Shown here piece by piece: positions 46,277 through 55,495 of a DNA stretch of 64,000 bases (positions are counted from its first letter, which is position 1; the number at the start of each line of letters is the position of its first letter). Made by a program: the position numbers and the translations under genes. The notes under the pieces are model-generated. The model did not search any database. It was not told the origin of the DNA and was given only the letters and a program-made list of their open reading frames with translations. Source of the DNA: Candidatus Hydrothermarchaeum profundi (GTDB lineage Archaea; Hydrothermarchaeota; Hydrothermarchaeia; Hydrothermarchaeales; Hydrothermarchaeaceae); the NCBI GenBank assembly GCA_002011125.2, contig MTMF02000009.1, positions 1,128,989 through 1,192,988 on the forward strand, given 5' to 3'.

Positions 46277-47536
46277 TTAAGCACAACTGCTTTTGGGGGT
46301 ATTAGTACGCAATTCTCTTACTAGGGGCTTGCTTATATGGCGCATTGCTCTTGGAGGGACTTGGTAAATCCTTTCCTCTAGTTCTCGGGGATATTTTACT
46401 CTCACTTTATCGCCTTTAAATGTCTTACAAATTCTGCATCGAAATCCTTGATTCTTACCCGCTGATTCCATACGTCTTCCACATTCGCATAGGGGATTCT
46501 CTTCCCTATACATCTCAGCTAGCTTCATAACATGGATCTTTTCGAGATTAATAGTTTTTTTAGGATCAGATCTTACGCCACCGTATACTCTCACTTTATC
46601 GCCTGGAACAAGTTTCTTGACTATATGCCTAAACTCTTTTGTTGGCTCGTATGCAGCGCATTCAATGGAATCACTTCCGTCAGTTACTGTGAATATTACG
46701 TGTCCTCCTTTTATGACTCTTGGGAGGGAGTTAACTTCCCCCTCTAGGATGACAGAGGAGTAGGGCTTGATATCACTGATTCTTTTGACGTTTATTAAAT
46801 GCGCGTCTGTCCCCTGATTTGTTTCATAGATTATTTTTCTTTCTATTCGCTCTCCAAGTTTAATCATGTTAAAAGCTCTTTTAAGAGTTTCAGGATCTTC
46901 TCCACGAATACCGAAAAGTACGGGGCAGGGTGAGTGTGGCGCTATTAATATGCGTTCATTATCTACGTTATTAAAGGTTAGGGGGAAGGTTCTCTCATTC
47001 ATTTTGAATACTGATTTTTTATCGATTTTTCTTTCTTTTCCCCAATTTTTCTTTTCTCGGTAGGCTATTAGCTCATAAGTTTTATCTTTAAAAATACTTC
47101 CGATAGATGCAAGAGCACCGATGATCCCTCTACCTTTTTTAAATTTACATATTTCTGCTCCATAGCTTATGGCGAGATTTTCAGCTTCATCTATAGTAAC
47201 GACTTCATGAAGACATTTTTCATAAAATCTAGAAAATTCTTCTGGAACTTTATCTCCCTGATAAAATACTACCCCTGGATGGGTGTTACTGTCGTCTATT
47301 TCTGCATATTCCTCTACCGTTTCGAGTACTAAGTTTTCCACTCCTTTAGGCTTCTTTCTCATCTCCAGGCAAATTCCGGCGTTTCCTCTAGTCTTCCACC
47401 TAATATTTGGGTTAAGTCTTACTAGTTTTGGTTTAATTGATGTGTACCGCGACAATTCATCCGCAAGGAGAGCCCCTAAATATGTAGTGCACATTCCCTT
47501 TTTGGAGTCCGTGTCATCTATCCCTACGTAGAACAT
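46277..47536 (-). CDS. tiaS: tRNA(Ile2) agmatinylcytidine synthetase
   Basis: VGIDDTDS..GMCTT, LVRLNPNIRWKTRGN, GRGIIGALA, TNQGTDAH, YEPT, zinc ribbon, RHISKP. Confidence 0.96.
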   Translation of the reverse strand: MFYVGIDDTDSKKGMCTTYLGALLADELSRYTSIKPKLVRLNPNIRWKTRGNAGICLEMRKKPKGVENLVLETVEEYAEIDDSNTHPGVVFYQGDKVPEEFSRFYEKCLHEVVTIDEAENLAISYGAEICKFKKGRGIIGALASIGSIFKDKTYELIAYREKKNWGKERKIDKKSVFKMNERTFPLTFNNVDNERILIAPHSPCPVLFGIRGEDPETLKRAFNMIKLGERIERKIIYETNQGTDAHLINVKRISDIKPYSSVILEGEVNSLPRVIKGGHVIFTVTDGSDSIECAAYEPTKEFRHIVKKLVPGDKVRVYGGVRSDPKKTINLEKIHVMKLAEMYREENPLCECGRRMESAGKNQGFRCRICKTFKGDKVRVKYPRELEERIYQVPPRAMRHISKPLVRELRTNTPKSSCA

Positions 47537-47537
47537 G

Positions 47538-48143
47538 TTATGATTTCAGTATTATAACGTCGTTGCTTGTTTCTATGTCTTCTTCTCTAAAAACCTTCTT
47601 TTTGGATCCCCTACTAGCAGTAAATTCTAAAACTTTTCCTTCACTATCCACATTAACATTATCTACTTTCCCGAGGTAAATTCCTTTTTTTGTATATACT
47701 TCCTTCCCTATGAACTCATGCCTTCTCTCGTGTTCAACCGGCTCTTCTTCTTTAACGATTACGACATCATCTACGGCAATGACCTCATCCTTATCTAATA
47801 TCTTATCCTCAATCTCAAATTTTTCTACTTCGCCTTCCTCTATTTCGACTCCTTTAAGCATTCCGATGTACTTTCCAGATTCCGAGAAAACCTTTATCTC
47901 TGGAACTCTCTCCATCTTTTTTCCAAGTGCGAAAAGGGCTCCTCCATTCAAAAAGAGTATGATAGACGGGAAAAGCATAAAGAAAGTTAGAGTCCTCACA
48001 GCACCAATATCGAAAGGCGGGGAAACCTCCGGGGTAAAAAGTTTCATAGAAATAGAGTAGAATTTAAGGGGAACGATAAGCCATATGACTCCAAGAATTC
48101 CGTTTATTACTCCAACAACCTGAATAGACCTCATCTCAATCAA
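47538..48143 (-). CDS. Membrane-anchored protein with two PRC-barrel domains
   Basis: Two N-terminal TM segments; KVFSESGKYIG and GKEVYTKKGIYLGKV PRC motifs, each ending in DVVIV/DVIIL. Confidence 0.78.
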   Translation of the reverse strand: MIEMRSIQVVGVINGILGVIWLIVPLKFYSISMKLFTPEVSPPFDIGAVRTLTFFMLFPSIILFLNGGALFALGKKMERVPEIKVFSESGKYIGMLKGVEIEEGEVEKFEIEDKILDKDEVIAVDDVVIVKEEEPVEHERRHEFIGKEVYTKKGIYLGKVDNVNVDSEGKVLEFTASRGSKKKVFREEDIETSNDVIILKS

Positions 48144-48198
48144 TTTTTTAAAAATACTAAAATATATAAACTTTGTGAGCTTTTTTGAGCAAATTTAT

Positions 48199-48948
48199 CT
48201 AAACCTTCATCCTTTTAAAAGCTTGCGTCCCGATACCTATCATAAACGCCGTAAATGAAGATAAGACGGCAAGATCAACAAGAAATGGGAATCTCTGGGT
48301 ACCGAGCATCGTCCCCCTAAGGGCATCGACTCCGTAGGTTAATGGGTCGAGTAACACTAATGAGGAGAGCCATGATGGAAGGTCCTCAGTTGGGAATAAT
48401 GCCCCACTTAGGAAAAAGAGAGGATAAATTACAAAACTAACTACCATACCAAATCCTTCTGGAGACTCCATCTGAGACCCTATGATTAGTCCGAGGCTAA
48501 CTAGTCCGGCAGCCATTATCAGTATCACGAGATACGCTTTAAGAATAACGATTATTGTATAATGCACACCGAATAAAGGCCCCAGTAATAGGAGGATACT
48601 CCCTTGTATTAGAGAATCAGTCATCCCTCCTAAAACCTTTCCGATGAATATGGTTGACCGTCGTAGTGGTGCAACCAAAACTTCCTTTAAAAAGTCTATT
48701 TTCCGATCCCACACTATGTAAACTCCAAAAAAGACTGACGTGAAAAGCACGCTCATAGAAACAACGCCAGGGTATATGAATGTCTGGTAATTAACTCCTT
48801 TAATGATGATGCTTGAGCCTAGGCCTCCACCAAAAACAACTAGCCATAGGAGTGGAGTGAATATGGATGAAACAACTCTTGAATGCTCCCTAGTAAAAAC
48901 CTTGAACTCCCTCAGCCAAAGGGCAGCAATGCCATTTACTTCACTCAT
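48199..48948 (-). CDS. ABC-2 exporter permease
   Basis: LREFKVF, FIYPG, EVLVAP, FFLSGALFP, DPLTYGVDALR. Confidence 0.93.
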   Translation of the reverse strand: MSEVNGIAALWLREFKVFTREHSRVVSSIFTPLLWLVVFGGGLGSSIIIKGVNYQTFIYPGVVSMSVLFTSVFFGVYIVWDRKIDFLKEVLVAPLRRSTIFIGKVLGGMTDSLIQGSILLLLGPLFGVHYTIIVILKAYLVILIMAAGLVSLGLIIGSQMESPEGFGMVVSFVIYPLFFLSGALFPTEDLPSWLSSLVLLDPLTYGVDALRGTMLGTQRFPFLVDLAVLSSFTAFMIGIGTQAFKRMKV

Positions 48949-49928
48949 CTTTTTTTCACCTGTCTCATTATTCTCTGCATATACCCTCCTTCAGCAGTGC
49001 CTCCCTCCCTTATACTTCTCCCTGTATATTTCAAAAAAACATCATTTAAAGTAGGATGCACTATTTCTACTTTCTCAAAGGTTGGGAAGGTCTCTAAAAT
49101 TCTCTTTAGCCTCATGCTAGCATCGTCAACACAGAGTTCTATTCGGTCATTTTCCTTAGTATAACCCGTTAAGAATGGTAGGGAATCTGTAGTATTAGGG
49201 ACTTCTTTAACCCCCATTAAGATTATCTTCTCTCCGATCTCGCTTTTAAGGGCTGAGGGCTTGTCCATAACCTTGATTTTCCCATAATCTATAATTGCAA
49301 CTCTATCACAGAGATGGTCTGCCTCTTCCATATAATGGCTTGTTATTACTACGGTAACATTTTCAACTTCCACAAGCTCCCTTATATACTCCCAAACATG
49401 CTCTCGGGACTGAGGATCGAGTCCTAAAGTAGGTTCATCTAAAAAGAGAACGTTAGGCTTATGTAGCAGTCCTCTCGCTAACTCTAATCTCCTCCTCATT
49501 CCTCCAGAGTAGTTTCGAACTCTATCATGTGCTCTTGATTCTAGTTCTACAAGACGTAGAACTTCTCTTATTCTACTTTTCCATTCAGCCCTTGGAACGC
49601 CATACATCATCGCATGGAGCATGAGGTTTTCATATCCTGTGAGGATATCGTCTGAACTGGGTTCCTGAAAGACTATTCCTATGCTTCTCCTAACTTTTCC
49701 TGGCTCTCGTATAATGTCATAGCCATTTACCGTTGCTGTACCGTAGGTTGGCTTAATAAGAGTTGCAAGCATATGTAGTAGCGTAGTCTTCCCTGCACCA
49801 TTTGGTCCTAGTAACCCAAAAACCTCGCCTTCTTCTATCTCAAAATTTAGATGGTCTACCGCTGTTATTTTCTCATATACCTTTGTAATTTCCTTAACTT
49901 CTATTATCCCCATTAGCTTTGACCTCAA
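48945..49928 (-). CDS. ABC-2 (DrrA-like) exporter ATP-binding protein
   Basis: GPNGAGKTT, YSGGMRRR, FLDEPT, TSHYMEEA. Start may be ATG 49913. Confidence 0.94.
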   Translation of the reverse strand: MRSKLMGIIEVKEITKVYEKITAVDHLNFEIEEGEVFGLLGPNGAGKTTLLHMLATLIKPTYGTATVNGYDIIREPGKVRRSIGIVFQEPSSDDILTGYENLMLHAMMYGVPRAEWKSRIREVLRLVELESRAHDRVRNYSGGMRRRLELARGLLHKPNVLFLDEPTLGLDPQSREHVWEYIRELVEVENVTVVITSHYMEEADHLCDRVAIIDYGKIKVMDKPSALKSEIGEKIILMGVKEVPNTTDSLPFLTGYTKENDRIELCVDDASMRLKRILETFPTFEKVEIVHPTLNDVFLKYTGRSIREGGTAEGGYMQRIMRQVKKR

Positions 49929-49981
49929 TAAAAAGCAATTGTACCGTTATATTATTAATGTTATAATAAGTGGGTTAATAT

Positions 49982-51064
49982 ATGAGTACGGTTTATTTCT
50001 CTAGTTCTCGGGTCCCGGAATTCAGAAGATGGTGGGTGCCAGAGAGTAGTCTACTTAGAAAAATGGAAAAGGTCTTTTATTCTGCAGGGTTAGATAAAGT
50101 AGTTAGTGGCACAGTGGGAATAAAGGTTCATATGGGGGAACCCGGTGATGTTCACTATTTGAGGCCTATATATGTTTCAAAGATTGTAGACCTCATAAGA
50201 GACCTAGATGGTGAACTCATTGTAGTAGAAACGAGTGGATTAGGATGGATTCCCGGAAGAACTTCAGCTGAGAAACACCTAGAGGCAGCTCGAAGGAATG
50301 GCTTCTGTGAAGAGACGATTGGAGCACCAGTTCGAATGCTAGATGGGGCTTATGGAATAGAAAGTATAAAAGGAAGTATCGTGGCGAGAGGGATTCAGGA
50401 GTTAGACTCACTGATAGTCTTATCCCATGTTACTGGACATATTCAAGCAGGGTTTGGAGGTGCAATAAAAAACCTAGGATTAGGGTGTGTAACAAAGACA
50501 GGTAAATATAGGGTGCACTATGATGGTCCACCAGAGTTAAATAAGAGATGTGATTTATGTGGGGAATGTGTAGCAGTCTGTCCAGTTGGGGCTATAGAAG
50601 ATGGGCGTATAAATCCTGATAAATGTATATGCTGTAATGCTTGCCTTGATGTGTGCAGTAAGGATGCCGTGTCTGTTAGAGAAGTATCCAATAATGAACT
50701 CGCGGCTAGGATAGCCGAGAATGCGTATAAAGTACTTCAAAATTTGGGTAAAGTAGGGTATATTAATTTCCTAGTGGATATACTACCGCACTGTGATTGT
50801 CATCCACATTCAGACATACCCATAGTGCCAGATATCGGATTGCTATCCTCCCTTGATCCAGTAGCCTGTGATAGAGCCTCGATTGACCTAGTAAATAGTA
50901 GCCCAGGAGTATTAACAAGTGAAGCCGAGAATTGTAACGCCTTAGCCTCCGGTGCTGATAAATTTAAACTAATTAATCCAGAGACAAATTGGAAAGTCCA
51001 ACTATCTACAGCCGAAAAACTTGGTATAGGGACGCAGGAATATATTTTAGAAAAAGTAGAATAA
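49982..51064 (+). CDS. DUF362-domain Fe-S protein with ferredoxin insert
   Basis: IKVHMGE, SHVTGH..GFGGAIKNLGLG, CDLCGECVAVCP, CICCNACLDVC, CDC, DPVACDRA. Confidence 0.88.
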   Translation: MSTVYFSSSRVPEFRRWWVPESSLLRKMEKVFYSAGLDKVVSGTVGIKVHMGEPGDVHYLRPIYVSKIVDLIRDLDGELIVVETSGLGWIPGRTSAEKHLEAARRNGFCEETIGAPVRMLDGAYGIESIKGSIVARGIQELDSLIVLSHVTGHIQAGFGGAIKNLGLGCVTKTGKYRVHYDGPPELNKRCDLCGECVAVCPVGAIEDGRINPDKCICCNACLDVCSKDAVSVREVSNNELAARIAENAYKVLQNLGKVGYINFLVDILPHCDCHPHSDIPIVPDIGLLSSLDPVACDRASIDLVNSSPGVLTSEAENCNALASGADKFKLINPETNWKVQLSTAEKLGIGTQEYILEKVE

Positions 51065-52141
51065 TTACGAGAAATCAGCAAGTGAAGTCTGGTTTTCTCC
51101 GATTTTTAAGAGTCCTGAGACACGCACTCCTAGTAATCTAATCTTTTTCTCCTTGTCAAGAAACTCTCTACTAAGGTCTCTAACAATACTTGATAATGTA
51201 GTTAAGTTAGAAGTATGATGCTCCAATGTTCTAGACCTAGTGTATGTAGTAAAGTCCTCGAGCCGTACCTTTAAAGTAATAGTTCTGTATAGATACCTCT
51301 TCCGCTGAATATCTTCAGAAACCTTTTTAGTGAGTTCGTCTAGAGTATTGTATATTTCCGAAGGTTCTAAAGTATCATGCTCAAAGGTCGTTTCCCTACC
51401 AATGGATTTTTGATCTTTTCTTTCTCTAACCTCTCTCTCGTCAATTCCCAGTGCAAGTCTATGCAACTCGTAGCCCCACCTACCAAACTCAGAGATGAGT
51501 AGCTGCCCGTCCATTTCTGCCAGCTGGCCTATTGTTTTAATACCCTTATCTTTCAATATAGCTTCAGTTTTAGGCCCTACTCCAGGTATGCATCGAACTG
51601 GTAGAGGCGACAGAAACTGAGATACTTCTTCTGGCTTTACAATGGTTAAGCCGTTAGGCTTATTAACGTCACTGGCTATCTTAGCTACTAATTTATTAGG
51701 CCCGATTCCTATAGAGCATGTTAGTTTTTCCTTTCTTTTTATCTCAGCCTTAATCTTTTTAGCTAGCTTCTCAGCTTCCTTGTAGTCTTTAACCTTCCCT
51801 GTGACATCTAAATATGCCTCATCAATACTAACCTGCTGAAACTTGTAGGCGTATTTCTGCAGAATCGCCATAATATTCTGTGAGACTCTTCTGTAAAACT
51901 CGTAATTTACAGGTAGGAAAACAGCATGTGGTATAAGGCGATATGCTTTTGAGATAGGCATACCGCTTCTCACTCCATGTCTTCTTGCCTCATAAGAGCA
52001 GGTGCTGACTACACCTCTACCTTTGCCGCCTTTCGGGTCTGCTCCAACGATTACAGGTTTACCAGCGTATTCAGGGTTCTCTCTGACTTCTATTGACGAA
52101 AAGAAACTGTCCATATCGACGTGTAATATTATCCTCATCAT
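51065..52141 (-). CDS. dinB: DNA polymerase IV (Y family)
   Basis: ILHVDMDSFF, STCSYEAR, SIDEAYLD, NKLVAKIAS..KPNG, IPGVG. Confidence 0.96.
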   Translation of the reverse strand: MMRIILHVDMDSFFSSIEVRENPEYAGKPVIVGADPKGGKGRGVVSTCSYEARRHGVRSGMPISKAYRLIPHAVFLPVNYEFYRRVSQNIMAILQKYAYKFQQVSIDEAYLDVTGKVKDYKEAEKLAKKIKAEIKRKEKLTCSIGIGPNKLVAKIASDVNKPNGLTIVKPEEVSQFLSPLPVRCIPGVGPKTEAILKDKGIKTIGQLAEMDGQLLISEFGRWGYELHRLALGIDEREVRERKDQKSIGRETTFEHDTLEPSEIYNTLDELTKKVSEDIQRKRYLYRTITLKVRLEDFTTYTRSRTLEHHTSNLTTLSSIVRDLSREFLDKEKKIRLLGVRVSGLLKIGENQTSLADFS

Positions 52142-52404
52142 ACTAATAATAAAAAACTGGCAAATGAAAAACAACAAAATACTGTAATGTTATAGCGTAT
52201 TATATCAAGGGTTGGGTAATAATTTATGTTTGCCTGCAATGCGTCTTGATATTCTAATTTTAGTGGGGAAATAAGTATCGAGGAGCACATAAAGACCTAC
52301 ATTTGGAACGTGAGAGCTATTATTGCATAAAGGTTCTTAATACATGCCCCTTAATTTGTGGGTTACTGTAGAATGTTTAAACGTTCAATTAAAGTCGTGG
52401 GTCT

Positions 52405-53001
52405 TTGGTTAAGAAATACACAGAAAAGGACGAAAAACCGATCCCACAGGTTGCAGGGATGTTCCGAGGGCTCTCTTCACCACCCTTTATTATGTCCATC
52501 ATTCAGAAGTTGATGGATGCTCGCGGACAACGGCATCTTGCTTATATGCTTCAATTTATGGGTCCACGTTCGACAGAAAAGTACTGGGAGCTGGTTGAGG
52601 CCCGCACAGAGTACCGGGCAAATTTTCATCATTTGCTGGATGAGGGAGGCTTTGACGCTATTATCTGTCCACCAGTGGCACTTCCGGCTCTTACTCACGG
52701 AAGCAGTGAACACCTTTTCCCGGCTCTTAGTTACGCATTTATGTATAATGTGATCGGAGCACCGGCGGGGGTGGTGGCTGTTACTCGGGTGCGTCCCGGA
52801 GAAGAAAGTGATCGGGTAGTCAGCAAAGACATGGCAGACATTACTGCGCAAGCCGTGGAGCGGGGTAGTACCGGCCTGCCTGTGGGAGTACAAGTTGTTG
52901 CCCGGCATTGGCAGGAAGACATTGTCCTGGCAGTGATGGCAGCCATAGAAGATGTTGTAAAGAAAAAACCAGATTACCCTAAGACCCCAACGATGTGTTG
53001 A
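52405..53001 (+). pseudogene. 5'-truncated amidase-signature family fragment
   Basis: Only C-terminal motifs are present (FDAIICP, YNVIGAPAG, GLPVGVQVV, EDIVLAVMAAIE); the GGSSGG signature is absent. Visibly more GC-rich than flanking DNA. Confidence 0.75.
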
Positions 53002-53094
53002 TTAAATTGTACTTTGAGAAAAGGGAGGATACTTGGCACATAGATATTTAGGCCGTATTTGCTTAAAATAAGCATGTGCTTTGATAAAGGATTT

Positions 53095-53111
53095 TAATGA
53101 GCGTCGGGGAC
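53095..53111 (+). repeat. 17-bp direct repeat, att-like copy of the tRNA-Ser 3' end
   Basis: TAATGAGCGTCGGGGAC is identical to 55018-55034. Confidence 0.85.
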
Positions 53112-53425
53112 TAGGTAATACTCAGGTCTGAACTCATAACCCCTTCATCATTCGTCAAATCTATGGTCTTCTCTAAGTCTTGAACTTTTTATTAGTCTTA
53201 GTTCTTTTCTTGCTTAAAGAAAAGCATTTTGAGTTAATTCTGAGGTGAAAACGTAACAAAATAAAAGAATCAAAACCGATAATTGTGGAAAGAGTTGCTT
53301 GGCCATTCTCTCGATTCTCCAGCCCTCGGCCTAGACCTTCAGTTCTATAGATGGGACGGAGAGAATTAAGAAAAAAGGGGAAAAATGTGTTTATCTGGAG
53401 AAGTCATAATTCGTAAGTCTTAAAG

Positions 53426-54451
53426 TTAAGCATTCATCTTCAGCTTTACGAATTCCTTGAAGATATTCTGTATCTCTGGAAAAGTCCTCACCTCTCTCTT
53501 CATTATTTTCTTATGAATCTCCTCTAATATGGCGCTGTGCTGCTCAAGATACACCTCATACAGGAGATCCATTATGGGCTTATAGTTCTCCTTGTTTCCC
53601 TCTGCAACAGCGTCGAGATATCTCTCTCTGTGCTCCAGCCCTAGATAAAGCGCGGGATACCCATGCTTCTCAAGCACAAAATTGTTCAGAGCCCTTGCAA
53701 TTCTCCCATTTCCATCCACAAAAGGATGTATCGTCACAAATTTTGTATGCAGCAGGACTGCAAGTTCGAAGGGGTGCATCCTCCTCCTATTCTCCCTGTA
53801 CCACCTTATTAATTTCTTCATGAGTTCTGGCACCTCAAAGGCAGGGGGCGGTTCGTGCTCAGCCTTCTCAATCAATACCTGAATCTTCCTGTACTCCCCA
53901 GGCGCATCAAGCAGGTTCCCCATGATGATCCCATGGATCTTCTTTATCAGTTTCTCCGAGACATCTCCCTTATACCTGCTGAGGAACCCTCTAAGGCTCC
54001 TGAAGTTTACAATCTCATAAACTTCTCTGAGAGACTTCCCTGGCGGGGTGACATCGTGCTCTAAAAGCTCTTCAGCCTGCCTCAGAGTTAGGGTGTTACC
54101 CTCTATGGCCGTAGTACCTTGAACGTAGCGGGCAAAGGAGGACTGCTCGTACCTCCTTAGCTCATCAGGGTAATGCCTCCCAAAGAGCTGGTAGCTGTAA
54201 TGGAGAGCCTCAATGTCGAGGGTTTTCCTATCGTCAAGATATTTTCGTTGCTTTTTAAGCCAGAAGTCTGTGAAGGTTTTTAACCTGATTATCTGATATT
54301 TTGTGAGTTTATCAAAAAAGCGTCTTGGAGTTGTTTTCTCCAATCTACCAATATAAAAGGATATTACTTTGCTTTTATCGTTAACCTTCACTTTATCTTT
54401 GATATAGATGTATTTTTTATCTTTAATCCTCTTTATCTCAAGTTTTAACAT
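53426..54451 (-). CDS. Fic-domain protein (class II, N-terminal inhibitory helix)
   Basis: HPFVDGNGRIAR catalytic motif, TTAIEGN inhibitory motif, PGEYR. Confidence 0.93.
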   Translation of the reverse strand: MLKLEIKRIKDKKYIYIKDKVKVNDKSKVISFYIGRLEKTTPRRFFDKLTKYQIIRLKTFTDFWLKKQRKYLDDRKTLDIEALHYSYQLFGRHYPDELRRYEQSSFARYVQGTTAIEGNTLTLRQAEELLEHDVTPPGKSLREVYEIVNFRSLRGFLSRYKGDVSEKLIKKIHGIIMGNLLDAPGEYRKIQVLIEKAEHEPPPAFEVPELMKKLIRWYRENRRRMHPFELAVLLHTKFVTIHPFVDGNGRIARALNNFVLEKHGYPALYLGLEHRERYLDAVAEGNKENYKPIMDLLYEVYLEQHSAILEEIHKKIMKREVRTFPEIQNIFKEFVKLKMNA

Positions 54452-54610
54452 ATAATCTATAAATTAATTTAACTTTGAAAAAAATAGATAAATCTGGTTA
54501 ACTAACAGCTTCGCAACTATCACGTCGCCGTTGAGGTCGAGCTGAGACCCCGGCAAGAGGATACTTCGAGAAGACCATTTAGGACTCTATTCACCTCCTG
54601 GAAACTCTTC

Positions 54611-54991
54611 TTAGCAACCTTCCCAGTAACGTTTCAAGTATTCACTATTCACCGTTCCTTGGGTATCAGCGACGATTAAATCATCACTCTCACGATCATG
54701 CAGGTATTTCAGAGTATCCACAAAGGGGGCATCAAAAAGCTCGGCATCCCCGCCATCCTCTAGCCTGATGTTACGCTCCAGACTTGGCCTCACATAACTA
54801 TTGCAGTGTAGGCGGTGTAGAAGCTGCGAAGCCTCCTCTATTCTTCCATTAATCGCTACAGGGAGCAACAGGCGTTTTTCACCTCCGCTAATATTGAGGT
54901 AAACTGCTGATAAAATTATGTTCTCTAGGGCCTCCTCAACTCGAGTTTGGAATTCTATTGCGGTTTCCTTCAGCCTTCTCTTTCTAGTTAA
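54611..54991 (-). pseudogene. Probable gene fragment of unknown family
   Basis: The called 85-aa ORF frame stays open about 40 codons further upstream (LTRKRRLKETAIEFQTRVEEALENI...) to a TAA, with no start codon in that stretch. Confidence 0.4.
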
Positions 54992-55017
54992 TTAAAGGGT
55001 AAGGCTTTGTTTGCAGC

Positions 55018-55034
55018 TAATGAGCGTCGGGGAC
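55018..55034 (+). repeat. 17-bp direct repeat overlapping the tRNA-Ser 3' end
   Basis: 10 nt of the tRNA 3' end plus 7 nt of trailer; identical to 53095-53111. Confidence 0.85.
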
Positions 55035-55109
55035 GGGATTTGAACCCGTGCGGACCTAAGGTCCATCAGCTTAGCAGGCTGACGCCATACCTGGCTTGGC
55101 TACCCCGAC
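55025..55109 (-). tRNA. tRNA-Ser(GCT)
   Basis: Acceptor stem GTCGGGG/CCCCGAC plus G discriminator, anticodon arm TCAGC-CTGCTAA-GCTGA, long variable arm GGACC-TTA-GGTCC, T-arm GGTTCAAATCC. CCA not encoded. Confidence 0.97.
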
Positions 55110-55113
55110 ATTT

Positions 55114-55425
55114 GCGGGCACGTCCAGAGGTGAGCCTCTCTCCCTTAGGCCAGTTGTCCAAGCCCTAACTCGGTCCCGCGACCCTACAAGCATCAGCTGT
55201 CCCGTCTACCGTTGCTCCCTTCCGGGCCTAGCGGGTTCGACGGGTTAAACCGCTTCTCCTCAGCCTTCCAGCTGGTTAAAGCGGCACCGCTGATCCTGTA
55301 GGACGAGACTTCAACGCTCGGGCTTGGGCTGACCAAAGGTCAAGAAAACCGCCCTCTGGACTTCGACCCCTGCATATCGACGATTTCAGGTTACAGGGGA
55401 CGCCGAACCCCCCGGTCTAGCCCGC
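55114..55425 (-). ncRNA. ffs: Archaeal signal recognition particle (7S) RNA
   Basis: About 312 nt, GC-rich. 5' Alu domain GCGGGCTAGACCGGGGGGTTCGGCGTCCCCTGTAACC; helix 8 AGGCCCGGAAGGGAGCA; complementary ends GCGGGC/GCCCGC. Confidence 0.95.
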
Positions 55426-55447
55426 TTATTAAAAAGAGAATGTTAAC

Positions 55448-55466
55448 CATTTTAACTTTTTCGGCG
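55448..55466 (-). promoter_or_regulatory. BRE/TATA promoter of the SRP RNA-tRNA-Ser unit
   Basis: Minus-strand CCGAAAAAG-TTAAAAA about 25-30 nt upstream of the SRP RNA 5' end. Confidence 0.6.
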
Positions 55467-55495
55467 TTACAGCTATTTTTCAGCGTGACTTATAA

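Larger units (their letters stand above)
53095..55034. mobile_element. Degenerate integrative islet at tRNA-Ser(GCT)
   Basis: Bounded by 17-bp direct repeats; carries a Fic gene and a gene fragment; no integrase seen. Confidence 0.65.

Noticed and set aside
54611-54868. Integrase for the tRNA-Ser islet
   Set aside because: No R...HxxR...Y tyrosine-recombinase or serine-recombinase motif is visible.
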